A stretch of 63,887 bases of DNA, filler included, from Atractiella rhizophila (taxonomy: Eukaryota): NCBI GenBank assembly GCA_021432655.1. It is 15 parts of 15 records of this genome, joined end to end, with 100 filler letters (N's around TTAATTAATTAA, not from the genome) between each part and the next. Parts side by side here need not be neighbours in the genome. Positions count along the whole stretch, not along the records: positions 48,838 to 53,353 come from MU272448.1; positions 53,454 to 57,968 come from MU272449.1; positions 58,069 to 62,579 come from MU272450.1; 12 more parts are not named here. The stretch is one strand, 5' to 3'. A program made the position numbers and the translations under genes. Under the pieces are notes generated by a model. The model had not been told where the DNA came from. It made no database searches and saw only the letters and a list, made by a program, of their open reading frames with translations. Of the stretch, positions 49,723 to 62,679 are shown in pieces. How positions within the stretch are numbered: the stretch's first letter is position 1; every line of letters begins with the position of its first letter.

Positions 49723-50757
49723 CTCGTTGGAACAAAGTCATGCAGCAATTTCGCTCCTTGAGATATTGGGATATTAGACTACTGTTCAGGATACCGCTGC
49801 GAACTGCGACAGACAAGCTGAAGGGCGAAAGAGTGTTGCTGTACGGGAGGCGAACGTATAAATGATCGTCGGGAACTGGAACAAGGCAGTTCAAATGGAG
49901 CCCAAGTTAGCCGATCCTGTCGTCGTGAGGCAGGGGATGTCGTGACCCAGTCTCTGGTCGTGACCGCAAGGCAAAGGCAAGGGATGAGCCTGTTGCAGAG
50001 GCTCCCAGGAGCTGCTGAGGGAGGAGTGGTCGTCGAAAGATGGAATACTGGAGTAGCTTGGCTGTGTGCCAAATTTGCTTCCGACCGCTCAAACAGTCAA
50101 GCGTCAAGCGAAAGAAGGAAGAGGGTGACAAGCCACAAGGAATGAAGAGAAGAAGGAATGTAGGTGGAATAAGAAGAGCAGACTCAGAGACCGTGAGGGA
50201 GGAGAGCGAGTGGGGGAGGGGCTCAAAGGGAATGATGTCGTGACAGACAGCGCTCATGAAATGGGATTGACTTTGGCACCAGTTTACACGGACATGTGAA
50301 GAAAGGTTTGCACTTTGCTTTCGTCAAACGGTTGGAAGCAGGGATCAGAGTGTGATGACGCTCAAGCAAGCTAAGAGTCCATATTGTGAATTGTCGATCC
50401 CTCGGCATTTCAGTACTTTCCATTGACGAGATCAAACGTCAAGACGTCGACCGTCGACTGGGTGGGAATGACTGAATTATTGAGTTATTGGGGTTTGTCG
50501 GGCTTATTGTCGCACTGTGTCAGAGTGCTTTGAAGTTATAACTTGAATCGTTCTTTCACTCTTCATCGATTCTCCCTTTTCAAGACGCAAAGGGTGTACA
50601 TCGATGTAACTTGACATCCTTATTGTGCTCTGTGAAAGATTATTACAGTAGTATTTAACAAGGCTGTTGTGACTAATTAATGGTTATGTAGCACCTAAGA
50701 GAGATCGCTCGGCTTAGCACCTTCGCTTGAGGCCGCTTGAGGTAGGAGATGATGACG

Positions 50758-50816
50758 GTGACGTCACGGACTGCATCATATCCCCCCTCTCTCCCTGGTC
50801 CCAGCACAGTATAAAA
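50758..50816 (+). promoter_or_regulatory. Stress-type promoter: ATF/CRE palindrome, STRE and TATA
   Basis: GTGACGTCAC at 50758-50767, CCCCT at ~50784 and TATAAAA at 50810, 57 nt before the ATG. Confidence 0.6.
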
Positions 50817-50866
50817 GTGCAAGGTCCTCTCACAGTCGCAACAATCTGCACAATCTACAACTCAAC

Positions 50867-51628
50867 ATGTCTTCTAACATCAACAATCAGCAAAACACCG
50901 GTTTGACTGGTAGCGACTACCCTACTCAAGGTGCGCGCCTTTCCTCCACTCGTTTCCGAGTCGTTAAGAATGCCTTGCAGGGGGCGGAGAACAACTTGAA
51001 TACCGCCCGAAGGGAAACGTCGAGACGATGAATCTCCCTTCCATGCAAGGATTGTCTACCGGCGGTGGCGCTCCAGAACCAAAGGGAATCGATCCCTCCG
51101 CCTTTGGCAGCGCAGAACCGCAATACCAACGCGGTAAGTTTCCCAAGCTGCCATTTCAAGTTGTTACTGGCAGTCGAGTTTGCTCATTCGGATGCGATGC
51201 GAAGGCGGCAACTTTGAAGGCTTGAATCAGGGGAGCGGAACTGGTCGACCGACTCAAGGATTCGAGGGAAGGGAAGGGTTCGATAGGCATGGACAAAATC
51301 AACAGAGTTTCCGTACGTTATCGATGAGCTTTAATCAATACAGCTTTAACTCAGTGAGGCTGTAGATACTACGGATGCGATGCATTCTGGTTTGGGACGA
51401 GAAGGGGCGACGGCTCATCACTTCAATGACGACGCGACTCGACATAGTCCCTCTGATTTCGTCCGTGACGGGGATCATCGTCCTGACCATCAACATTCTG
51501 CAGCAAAAGCTACCTTTGGAGATAAGGCGAAGGGAGCCTACGAGCAAGCCAAAGGTGTTGTCACTGGTAATCCTGACCTGAAGGCGCAAGGATCGCTGAG
51601 ATCGAAAGGAGAGTTCAACCAAAATTAA
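50867..51628 (+). CDS. Small hydrophilic stress protein with CsbD-like C-terminus (spliced)
   Basis: MSSNINNQQN start with GT-AG introns, ending FGDKAKGAYEQAKGVVTGNPDLKAQG. Confidence 0.65.
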
Positions 51629-51782
51629 AGTGACGTTGGGGATATGGTGAACAAGTGTATCTATAGTTGCCCACTGTGAATAGCAAAATTGTGTTCATAG
51701 ACGAGTACTTGAAGTCGCTCAGATATTGAAGCACGGAACAGTGGAGAAGTGAGGAATAAGGATATAATTAAGACTTGCAGTA

Positions 51783-53353
51783 TTATGGGAGTACTTCAAT
51801 GGGGACGGCCGATCGATATTGTGAAGGAGTGGGTAGCCACTCGAGAGGGAAATCTTCCGCCTCAACTGCACGTCTCGACCTCTTGACCTTTTTCCTCTTC
51901 TCAGCAGCCCGAGTGTCCAATGGAACATCGAGCATCTTGTCCTCTCCTTCCTGCAGCCAACATCAACACCTTTCCCACAACAAAGTAGAAGGTGAAGACA
52001 GACCTTAGCAACCGTAAGGAGCTTGTTCAGGGTGTCGTTACACCACTTCTCGTTCATCTCCAGCTCTGGGAACAGCTCGCAAGAGATCTTGACCATGTCC
52101 TCTTCAGGATACCACCGCGGTCCGGCGAGGACTCGGAATTTGTGCCTCATCCAATCTTCGAGGTTTGGAATGCCGGGAACGTGGACGGTGAGCGCGCACT
52201 TGCGGTCGGCGGGATGCTCTTCTCCTTGATAATGTTGTGTCCGAATGCGGACGATATGTTTTGATGATGGTGGCACGAACGGTTTGTGGAAACCTGTCCG
52301 CATTTTGTCAACATCGGTAGATGGAAGGGGAAATAGACGAACGAGTGAATGTGGGTAGTTCGAATTCCGTCAGTCGAAGGTACTTAAGATGGACTCGTTG
52401 GAGGTAAAGTTGCTCGTAAGCGTAAGTCGTCAATTCCGGCTCATTGACGAAATCTCCATCGAACTCATCGTCGAAAGAGTGCTCGTCCACGTCAGGGAAG
52501 ACTTTATCAGCGAGAGCGCCGAGAGACTCCTTGGTTATCTGCTCCTCTTGAGACTCTCCTCGCATCGCACGAATGATTCCGACGTCCTCCTCCAGCGTTG
52601 CTTCGACTTGACCAGCAAGGTCCGCGATGGTGGCTTTGCGACGTTCCGCTGGCTTGAGAGCGGCGTGCGGATCTGGCTTGACGATTTCTTCGTTCAGATT
52701 CGCTGTTGCGGCATCTCCAAATTCCCACTCGTCCAACAAGTTAGCAACGACCTCCCCATATTCACTCTCTCCTATCTCGGCCTCTGTAAGCAAACCAGCC
52801 TTAACCACTGTTTCCAGCTTCCTCTGGACATCATCATACTGTCTCTGGACCGCAGCTTCCTCAGCCTCCTCTTCTTGCATTTCCTGCCACTCCGCAAGCA
52901 TGAGCTCGTCCTCTCCTTCATCTTCCTCAGCCGCATCAAAATCAAGGTCCTGTTGGCCCGACTCTTGAAGACGTCTCTTATGCTTAAAATAAAGCTCCAT
53001 ATCCTCCTTAGTCGCTTTGAATGAAATAAGATTGGCGCTTTCCTGACCCCTCGAAATTCTCCTCTTCGGCGCGTCTTCCGGTGCAGGCGCTCCTTCACTT
53101 CCGAAATCCTCACCTCCAATCTCCTCCAACTCCTCCTGAGCCGCCTTAGGGCCAGCAGCACTCTCCAGCTCTTCAGCAACCGTCGACGCTTTGACCTCGC
53201 CCATTCCATACAGCTTCTGAAGCATCTCCACACGCGATGGGGCTCCCGAACCGCCCTTCTGCCATTCTGAGATGAGCTTCACCACCTCACGCCTGTCCGG
53301 GCCTGGTCTGTTGGGGTCAAAGTCATCGAAACGGCTTGCTTCTCCATCATCTA
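51783..53353 (-). CDS. RSM24: Mitochondrial ribosomal small-subunit protein mS35 (5' truncated, spliced)
   Basis: ELP...KPFVPP...YQGEEHPADRK...LAGPRW...VKISCELFP...DVPLDTR...FPLEW. Confidence 0.88.
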
Positions 53354-53453
53354 NNNNNNNNNNNNNNNNNNNNNNNNNNNNNNNNNNNNNNNNNNNNTTA
53401 ATTAATTAANNNNNNNNNNNNNNNNNNNNNNNNNNNNNNNNNNNNNNNNNNNN

Positions 53454-53505
53454 AACATGTTTGCAAACTTCAGAAACATGTTTGTAAACTTCGGAAACAT
53501 GTTTG
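53454..53505. repeat. 21-bp tandem repeat (2.5 copies) with palindromic AAACATGTTT core
   Basis: AACATGTTTG recurs at 53454, 53475 and 53496. Confidence 0.8.
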
Positions 53506-55099
53506 ATTGCGAGGTCAATGGGTATAGATTGAATTTTGACGGTAGTGAAAAACGCCGGACTGAATTTTGTGGCTTTTTATTAGCTTCTGGATTTATTCAG
53601 CTTGTTTTCAGTTCATATTCAGTCTCAATGTCACAATTAATTACTTTCTTGATCTGAAAATGCATTGCAATATATATATTCAATATGTAGGAACAACACT
53701 CAAGCACACCTTTGGCCGTACCGCTTCCAGAAGTTATCTCGAAAGCAGACGAATCTGCTACACACAAAACTAATGCCGCAGTTTATCTTTTGAAATAACA
53801 TCTTGGGCTCTCCGCTCTCATCATATCAGAAAGAAAGTACTAACCATGCTTTCCACCACTTTCAATACTTTTGTCTGCCTCAAACCGTGCAAGGATCCGA
53901 AGTTAGCGGTAATAACAGCAAGTGAGCATACCACTTCGAAGGCACTAGCCAAACCAATTAGTCTGAAGTGCAAACTAAATAATCTGTTACCCCCATTAAC
54001 CGTTGTTAATACGAAGAGCACGTTAGCGAGTGATGGACCTGGAAAACTTCGATCTGCTTCTAAGCTTATAATGTATATAACGTCTAGCTTATGGGATGGG
54101 ACATTGTGAAAAACAATAAGAAAACTTACAGTCTTATCTGATGATGGAAGTCAGTGTGGCTACATGGTAACACGAGGCTGTGTCAGAACTGCCCTTGTCT
54201 GATAGGAAACAAGAATCAACTAAGAAGCAAACAGAAGCCATGTGTACAAAAGCAATGCAGAGAGCACAAAAGAGCGGAAATCAGAAGCAAGCAGCAACCT
54301 ATTGATATGAATGTGTTTTGTCTAGCATTTGTATGATTGGTGCCTGAAAATCATAAGTCTACTACACTTAATATGTGAAGGGGGACTGTATCACATATGA
54401 GCACCTTGTTGGCTACCGCACAACCATGACCAGCCTAAAGAATACTTACAATTTTCGGATCTTTAGCATCTGAAAGAATTCCAGGCTAGCTATTGTTTGA
54501 TATCGGTTGAGAGTAGCGCAAGTATCTGATGGATTGAGGAGAGAATGTGTGAGGTGTGGTGTAAACAGGGGCTGGAAGACTCGAAGAGGTGAGTGATTCC
54601 ATGACGTGCTGGGAACTTGGCAGTTTTTAAAATTGAAAAAAATCAAATGAGGTGCGTTGATGTAGATGGAAAATGAAACGCTGGGGGAGTGCATGGTGTT
54701 ACAAGTCCTTGCCAGGTCGACATACGATTGCACTGAGGAATGACTGACTTTAAATTCAGTCCATGTCTTCGCTGCTAGTTGACTGAGTTTCGACGGAATT
54801 GACTGAGTTTCGACTGAACCCTGTTTTCATAGAGGTCCATTGGTCACCAGCCCTGCAAGTTTCCAGGGCCGGCTCAGTGCTCAAGTAGTGAGTGGTCAGT
54901 GTAGTTGGTGCCAAAAAGGTGTAGATGCCAGTGTCGCCCAGTGCTTTTGAGAACAGTACTTTGTTTTGAACATTATCGAGGGGCTTTTGATGAGGGCCAG
55001 GGGGACACACAAATCAGGTGTGTTCGATCGCTTGCAAAGGTAAAAGCAAAAGACATACTTTCTTGCTCACCTGGAAGCACCACAACCATTGACCTACTT

Positions 55100-57800
55100 A
55101 GTGGAAGGAGAGAATTATTTGTGTAGCCTTATTGGGTATAAGAAGGAGCTTGAAGGATGCTGAGCATGAGCTCAGTGCAAGTCCTGAGAGACTCTGCTTG
55201 TAATCCTGTCCAAAAGGTGCCGAATCTCTGATAGACTGTATCTAATATAATGTGTGGAAATGCAAATTAGCGGTGTAAATGAAAAAATGAAGTAGATTAG
55301 TTTATGCAAGTATAATACTGCTTACAGTCAAGAAACCCAGGCAAAGTGAAGAAGTAAGCAACAGAGCGGCTAAACTGAGTCCGGAAGATCGATCTCGTCA
55401 CTCTGACTGCATCTCCTTCAAGAAGAGCCTTATTTGCATCTGGCTCAAGGACTGGGTCGATAAGTGCATCGGAGTGGTGACGGTGAAGGATCCAAACGAA
55501 CCTTCTTCCCTCGCCATCTTCTGCTTGAAAGATCCCGATCAAGCGCATGACTTGATTAAGATCCACAAGGCGGAATTCATCGCTCTACTGGCAGAGGATT
55601 TCGCTTTCGAAGAAGTTACGTCGTTTGCTGAAAAGCTGAGTAACAGCAAAGAGCTTGTCGGCAGCTGGGCTAGCTTCAGGGTCAAAGAAAGTCTCTGGGA
55701 CTCGAAGATAGACAACTGCCTCGCCATAGAAGGTCTCTCCTGCATCGTCAATGCCCTGTTTCTGTCATTAGAAGAGATAGCAAGACAGATTGACCAACAA
55801 CGTACCTCATATCTGCACACCTTGCGTGCTTCGAACTTCCATGACCTTTCCAGCTTCCGTGAACGAATAACATCCCCATTAGCCAAAGCATACCTGCCCC
55901 AGTGTTCTCACTTTGCCACAATCTCCTCTCCAGGTCCAGCCCATAAAGGTTCTTCCTGTAAGAGTCGCACTAGGTTCAAATCAAAGCTCCATCCATTTGG
56001 TGCTGTATTCGGTGCCTTGCAGTTAACCAACTTCGTGAGAGAAATCAATGCCCAGCGAGGGGAATAAACAGAGTTGTGTGAGTGGATGGAAGAGAAACAC
56101 CGATATTGAGAGCCAGCATTCCCATGGATCACATTCGGGGCTGGGTACGGAATATCCACGATGTTCATTTGCTCCAGCAACAGGGCTTGGTTCAGCAGGT
56201 TCTCTTGGTATTTGTTGTCCTGATTGATTTGTTTCTTAAGGAATCCGATCATTCCCTCCATCGGGAAGTGAGTAGAGGATCCCTGGTCCCCACCAGAGGA
56301 TCCAATCGGCAATGTGCAAGAGATGATGGATGCACATGGCCATACGACTAAGCTAAGTGCGATCTCCATGATCGTACACCTTCTCCCAATTTATGACAAG
56401 CTTGCAAAAAGCTCACAGATTCTGAGCCTTTCCTGCTTGCTAATCTTGTGCTGCCATACGAGCCTGCAGCCACAAACAAAAGAATCGGGAACATGTAAGA
56501 CGTCGAGTGGAAAACCGAGAAGGAGAAGACAGGGAATAAAGAACCGATCAAAAACGTCCCACCACTCGTGCATCTTATACTGGGTGTCAGAGGAGCCGCT
56601 TGAGAGAAGTCGTAGGGAATGTCGACCTTAGAGCGCTTGAGCATATTCCCAAACTCCTCTCGCACTTGCTGTGTTGGGTGCCACGGCTCAGGAAGTGATT
56701 CTTGCTTGTTGATCCCCATGGTAGAGTCGAAAATGAGCTCGGCGTTGTTCTTCCAGTGGAGGTGAGCAAGGTCCCCAGCAAAGAGAGTCCATGGATCACA
56801 GAAAGTCTTGAATCCAGAAATCGGCGTGATGGAAATGACATCATTATCTCGCGCCATCTCTGCTCGCGCTCTTTGCGTCGTTGCGAGTGCAAGATCCTTA
56901 ACTGTTTTGGTGTACTCAGTCGTGGTGTGATTCAGAAGATTGAGAGGTTGTAAGCAGCTGGGTGATATGAAGGGAGAATGCCATCGTCCTGTGGAATCGA
57001 TATACACGGGTGGTAGTAGTGATGACCCAGGTGCAAGCCTTGATGGCCAGTGCAGCCATTTGCCTTCGTAGAACTGAGCATGTCACCTACATTAAATATT
57101 CAGCGCAATATCCAGTAATTGCAAAGAGACCTTTACCCAGCTTGTTGATAAGCCATCCTTTCCAAACAAACCACTTCCGAGAGGCCACATCCCACATCCA
57201 CAACCCTCCACTCAGCCTTGCCATCGTCTTATAGAACTGGAGGAAGAATGATTGAATGTCGACTGGATTGTTGGGACCGGGGATGCCTAGTGTAAAGAAG
57301 GTATGATGGCGCTTTGCTCTGACTTGCATGTTGAAGCCAAGGAACGAGAGAACGACAAACCACACGTTGGAGTCGTAGGTAGCGTGGATAGCTGCACCAT
57401 TCGTTGACGCAATAAAAACAGATTCTCATTCGACCTCCATGAAGCCAATGTTGTCCTCAGCTAGCGCTTGGACTGTTGGACTGTGGTACCATGATGGAAG
57501 TCGTTGTATGCATAGCCACTCTTCAGCTTGTCTATAGGATACTCAGTTTTTGCCAGAGTCTCTCCCAGCTTCCTCCCGAAATATCCCATCATCCCAGCCA
57601 TTTGCGGTGCTTGGAACATTGCCTGGATTCGATGGATTGGGTTACAAAGAGAAAGCTCTTTTTAGCCTTTCTTTTCTCTATCGATGAGTGTCCTGGGATC
57701 CCAGAGCATCCAAAGGAAAGGGAATAGCGTGGCCTATTGCAGGGTATGACCAGTCCATTGATCTTGTGAGAGAATGAGGCCATCTGCAACTTATGTGAGT
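55100..57800 (-). mobile_element. CACTA/En-Spm (Tnp2-like) transposase relic
   Basis: IPGPNNPVDIQSFF...LSGGLWMWD, GDLAHL and HFPMEGMIGFLKKQI. Interrupted by stops and frameshifts, and boundaries are approximate. Confidence 0.75.
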
Positions 57801-58068
57801 TCTTCAAGTAATTCATCTGCCAATGACAACAATCTTACCGCTCCAACCCCTCATACTTCCTGAAGTAGCGGCTGCAAGAAGCTCCACACATTGGCAACCA
57901 CTCTCCATCCAGCCCACTGAGCTCAGCAAGCATCTTCTTTGCCTCTGGAAGGGTATGCATGTCATGATNNNNNNNNNNNNNNNNNNNNNNNNNNNNNNNN
58001 NNNNNNNNNNNNTTAATTAATTAANNNNNNNNNNNNNNNNNNNNNNNNNNNNNNNNNNNNNNNNNNNN

Positions 58069-61000
58069 CCTCTGCACCTGTTTCATAGGTTGCTGGCACC
58101 ATATTGAGCATTTCCAAGTGTTTGATGACATCACCGTAACAGGTATAGGACCGTTCTCCTCTGTTGAGTCGCGCTATGGAATGCCCTTGATCCCATCTCT
58201 CCCAGTCGAGAAAAGGGTGTAAGCCGATAAGTTATCCTTCGCACCTTCTGGTGTTCCGTCGCAGTTGCTCTGAGTCTCAGCAGGATTGAAATCATGTTCC
58301 ATGAAGACCACTCCTTTGTCTACTTCCATTCATTCGAGATCTCTCATTTCAAGTTGTCTTCAAGATACAATCTTCGAGCTCACTTCCAGGTGTGCACACG
58401 ACTATTCAAAAGCTTGTTACGAATTAATAAATTATTGTATGTTGGTGGAACCGAATAGCACTCGATGATGATATTACAGGGGGGATTGGCGATGACATCG
58501 CGGCAATGAGGATGCAGTCGAGGTATCACGGGATAAGATGGCTCAAAACGAAGGGATGTTGGTAGGTCAGCTAACAAGCACCCCTGCTGCAAGATGCCAT
58601 CCCCGTGCTTTACAAGTGATCGATCGCAACGTTCGCGATTGTAATTTGAGGCGACGAGTTGGCTCTTTGAAGGTGAGCTGAGAAACAAAGAACCTTGAAA
58701 CAAAGAACTTTGGAACAAAGGATATCGAGAGCAGACAGAAGTGAATAAGATCACAAAGAATTTAGATACAAAGGAAGCCTGTGACTAAATAACGGAACTT
58801 CCGAATCATTGCTCAAAACATAACAAGTTACAAGCTCCTTGTTGCTTAGAGGGATCTAGGAAGTCTTAATAGCTGAGCATCTCAATTCATTATTTGGATA
58901 AAGGCAACAAGTTACAAGCGCCTTGTTGACAAAGGGATCTGGGTTGTTTAGCTCCGTTGCGCTGGCATGAGTCTTGACTGACATTATTTGCAGCTTAATG
59001 CTGCGTACAAGGCTCTCTCTCTCAGGGAGCATAAAAGCTTGTGCTGGGTTCCTTCCGAAGACAGTTCCTCAGTGAAGAAAGAGTTCGAGCAGGCAGGGAT
59101 CTGCACTACGTATTTCTCAAAAGCTGAACTTCAAAACATTGAAATGCCTTGGGTCAACTTACATCCACTTTACTCGAGCAGGCTTACCAAATCTAAAAGA
59201 TGGTCCGTTGACTCTGCATCCTGAGTTATTCTTTCTTATTATTTTTACACTTGACAGGATTGCGCGCAAAGCGGTGGTCACGTTAGATAATGGCACAATC
59301 CATGATCCAAATTTACACCCTCATTATGAAGCCAGTGATGCTCCACTGTATCCTTGGACATCTTCCACGTTTCCACGGCCAAAGGGGAGCCGTTATGACA
59401 AACAGCTGCAGATCTGGGCTGAGGCAAAGGCCGACGCTCAACGAGCAGCAGTCCCGGCTGAAGGAAACCAGTATGGTTTTCGGGAAGACGTGGAACCAAT
59501 TTACGGTCCGGAAAGACCACGAAGTAATTTGCATCGTGAGTATTCTCTCTAGTAAAGCTCTTGCAAAGTAATAATCATGGCCTTCAAGCACGAAGGATAA
59601 TCCAACGAAATATCCGAGCCTTCCCAGGTTTGGGGAGATGGGGTTGAGGAATATTTTACTTATTTTTGAATAGTGTTGCGTTGTTGCATGATCTGATTGT
59701 TGCCTAACAACCTGTAAAATGGCTGTTGGTGATATTGACAGCTTTGGATACCAATCAAGTAAACTAGCTCATCAAATATTGACAAAGGCAAATGCGTGCT
59801 AGAAAGAATTGCAGAAAACATTCACATTCCGGGATGGTGGTACATGCTGGTGACTGGTGACTCTAAGTCACTGAATATTGATTTCAATAAATATTGAGAA
59901 ATGTGACTACAGTGCTAAACCGTGAGACCCTTATATATAAGACTACGTAAATATAAATATCAAGTGAGCAGTCTGAGTCATTGTCGCATTTTCCATGATG
60001 CAGCGGTGGCAGCCACGCCACAGTACCATTAGCATTTTGGTTAAGTTTGCTCGCATTAACTGGCCGGATGGCTCATAAATGACAGGAAGAGGGTAAAATC
60101 CTCTATCAACTATGTCTTCAGTACAGAGCAACTCAAGTTCAATGCATCACTCCTACGTCTCCTCTCAGGATCAACCGAGGCAGAGAAGACCTCGAGAGTC
60201 TTTATTAAGGGATGTTGCTTCCAATGTAAGTTCCCCAATTGTATATACATGTATTAATTTAGAGACAGGAGAAATGTGAACTGGAGGAAAAGGGTGGGGT
60301 ATCGCCAGGAAGGCAGCAGATGAAAGGTACGAGAGCTGCGCTTCTTTTTGATACTTGCATACAATCCTCCAGGCGAAGGCATCACATGGGAGAGAGATGA
60401 TGGCGTGCCTATTCTGGGATCGCGAAGAGTGCGCAGGATTCTTTTAGCTGCCGTCTTTCCAGAATTTTACACCACTCGAGAGGTAGACGCCTTGCACAGT
60501 CTATTGGACGCAGAATGGACCGCGAGATGCCGCTTTTTTGGACATGAGAACCCTGTTCCCGACCAAAACCGACTCATGTGGGGATTTAAAGCCGGTTACT
60601 TCGAGTCAATCCGTTGGGCAGGTTCTCCTTCAGACGATCCATTCGGTCTATCCCCGTGGTGGGCTGGCAGCATTGTTTCAGGATTACTAAATGAAATGCC
60701 TCGAGATTTCAACAAGCACGTTAGTGTTTATTTACAGATCAAGAAGGCGGTTAATGTTATGACTGGAGTGGAAAAAGTTGTACTAAGATGAAACAGTACA
60801 CCCTGAAGTTTCTGGAAATTGAAACTATTGACTTGCTCTGGTTTCTAAAGCTGCAGCATGAATCATGGACGCTCCAAATTCAACCACATCGTCACGCAGT
60901 GGCATGCACCTAGTATAGACATTGGATTAATTCAGCTTGAGCCACATCCCGTAGCAACAGTGTTGACATTGATACAGGCTTCTTTGCCTTTCGACACCTG

Positions 61001-62250
61001 AATTGGGGACGTATCCTTATTATATGACTCTTCAACATCAATGGAAATGTGTTCCTCACTCCCTAGACAAAGGCCATGGCTGTAGATGAAGAGGTCTGCA
61101 TATGGATCACCGTGGTCCCTACGCCGATAACCTTTGGCTTTATCACATCATTTTGCAAAAGATTGCCAGCGGGTTTGCAGGTAGCTGAACAAAGGGCACA
61201 AGTCGAAACTGGCCAAAGAAGGCGAGCGATGTGTACCTGAACAGAACGAATACGATTGTGTTCTTTCTGAGCAGAAAGAAACATGGTACTCTAAAACGCG
61301 AGTTGACTGCGAGACAGTCATGCTTTCAAGTTGTCCTCGTCATATTCTGAACCTTTCTATTCTATTCTCGTCGTAGAACGGCGCACCGAACTGGTCGATA
61401 AAACCAGGTTTGTTCATGGCGGCATTCTCTTCCCCTGATGACGATAGAGGATCCTGTCCGGTTTGCTTGACCCCGACAAACTCGAAATCTCTGTCAACCT
61501 TCTCGCTCAGAACGTGCTGCTAATTGAATGGAAGAGGGGAGACATAAACTCTTTCTGAAGATGTACGCACGAGCAGGCTTTATCAAAGAGTGAATGCACT
61601 CACAAACTCCGCGTGATGAGTGCTTTCGGGTCCCAACATCTGCAGCACCTGGAGTGGTTTAGCTGTAACAAATTCTTGAAAAATCATTTCACCTCCAACG
61701 TGACGTGCCTTTCCTTCATGTCATCGCAAGCCAGGTGATAGGCAAAATCGTTCGCTGTCGGAGTGGTCACACCTGAGGGAAGAGCTGGGATTGATCTCTA
61801 CTTCGCGGCGTGTCTCGTACTCTGTCTCTGGGACTGAGGGGTAGACGATATTGGAGTGAGGCTCATGGTTGGTCCTAGTCGCTTCTAGTTTCTTAGTTTC
61901 GCCATCCAGATACAGTATCCCATCCGGTCACTTTCATGTTCAAAATGGCCCTCAGCAACTTGAAGAAAAGACGTTCGTTATCACTATTTCTTGCGAACTA
62001 ACTTGGCGGTCAGTCATATTACACTCGTTACTGTAAGATTGTTGTGCCTGATAAATCATACTGAGCCTGAGCATCCCAAATCAATCATGCATCTTCCCTC
62101 TCTAGAACAAGATTCTAGGCAAAAAGGTACGAGCCTAGGCCTGCATGGGCCTGAATCAAGCCGGACAGTCGCTGGATTAGTAACGCTCCAACTGAAGTGA
62201 TTTTCCGTTGACGAAAATCACGGCAATCCTCTTAACCCCTCTTGCCCTCC
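58069..62250 (+). repeat. Copy B of the locus at 4731-9322
   Basis: Colinear similarity with near-identical ends. Lacks the 6516-7059 MITE and has ~180 nt extra at ~61515-61690. Confidence 0.93.
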
Positions 62251-62456
62251 GTCTTCTATCCACAATCAGCAGAATATTCAGACCTGCCTTCGGTGTATGT
62301 TGTCTTGCCGACGTTGTCCCCCTCGTTATCTGTCAAGATGTTGGAGTGACATCAGTCAACACTCGGAACATATATAAGACCTTTAACAATTACATCTTCC
62401 TCCGTCGTCCAACTTCGCAATCGGGCCCAAAATCTCAAGCGGATATTCATCAAAAC

Positions 62457-62579
62457 ATGTCTAAAGTCCCAGAACAGTTCACCGGATACGCCGCTCTAAC
62501 GGAGCAAGATGGGAAACAACTGAAGCTCTCAAAATTCTCTTACACGCCGAAGAAATGGGCAGAGGATGACGTGACGATC
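62457..62579 (+). CDS. NADP-dependent alcohol dehydrogenase (ADH6/CAD-like), N-terminus only
   Basis: MSKVPEQFTGYAA...FSYTPKKWAEDDVTI, with TATATAA at 62371. Confidence 0.7.
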
Positions 62580-62679
62580 NNNNNNNNNNNNNNNNNNNNN
62601 NNNNNNNNNNNNNNNNNNNNNNNTTAATTAATTAANNNNNNNNNNNNNNNNNNNNNNNNNNNNNNNNNNNNNNNNNNNN

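Noticed and set aside
53454..53505. CRISPR-like repeat
   Set aside because: Only 2.5 contiguous 21-bp units, no unique spacers, no cas genes and a eukaryotic context.
55474..56067. 197-aa plus-strand ORF
   Set aside because: Antisense to the CACTA transposase relic, with no recognisable motif.
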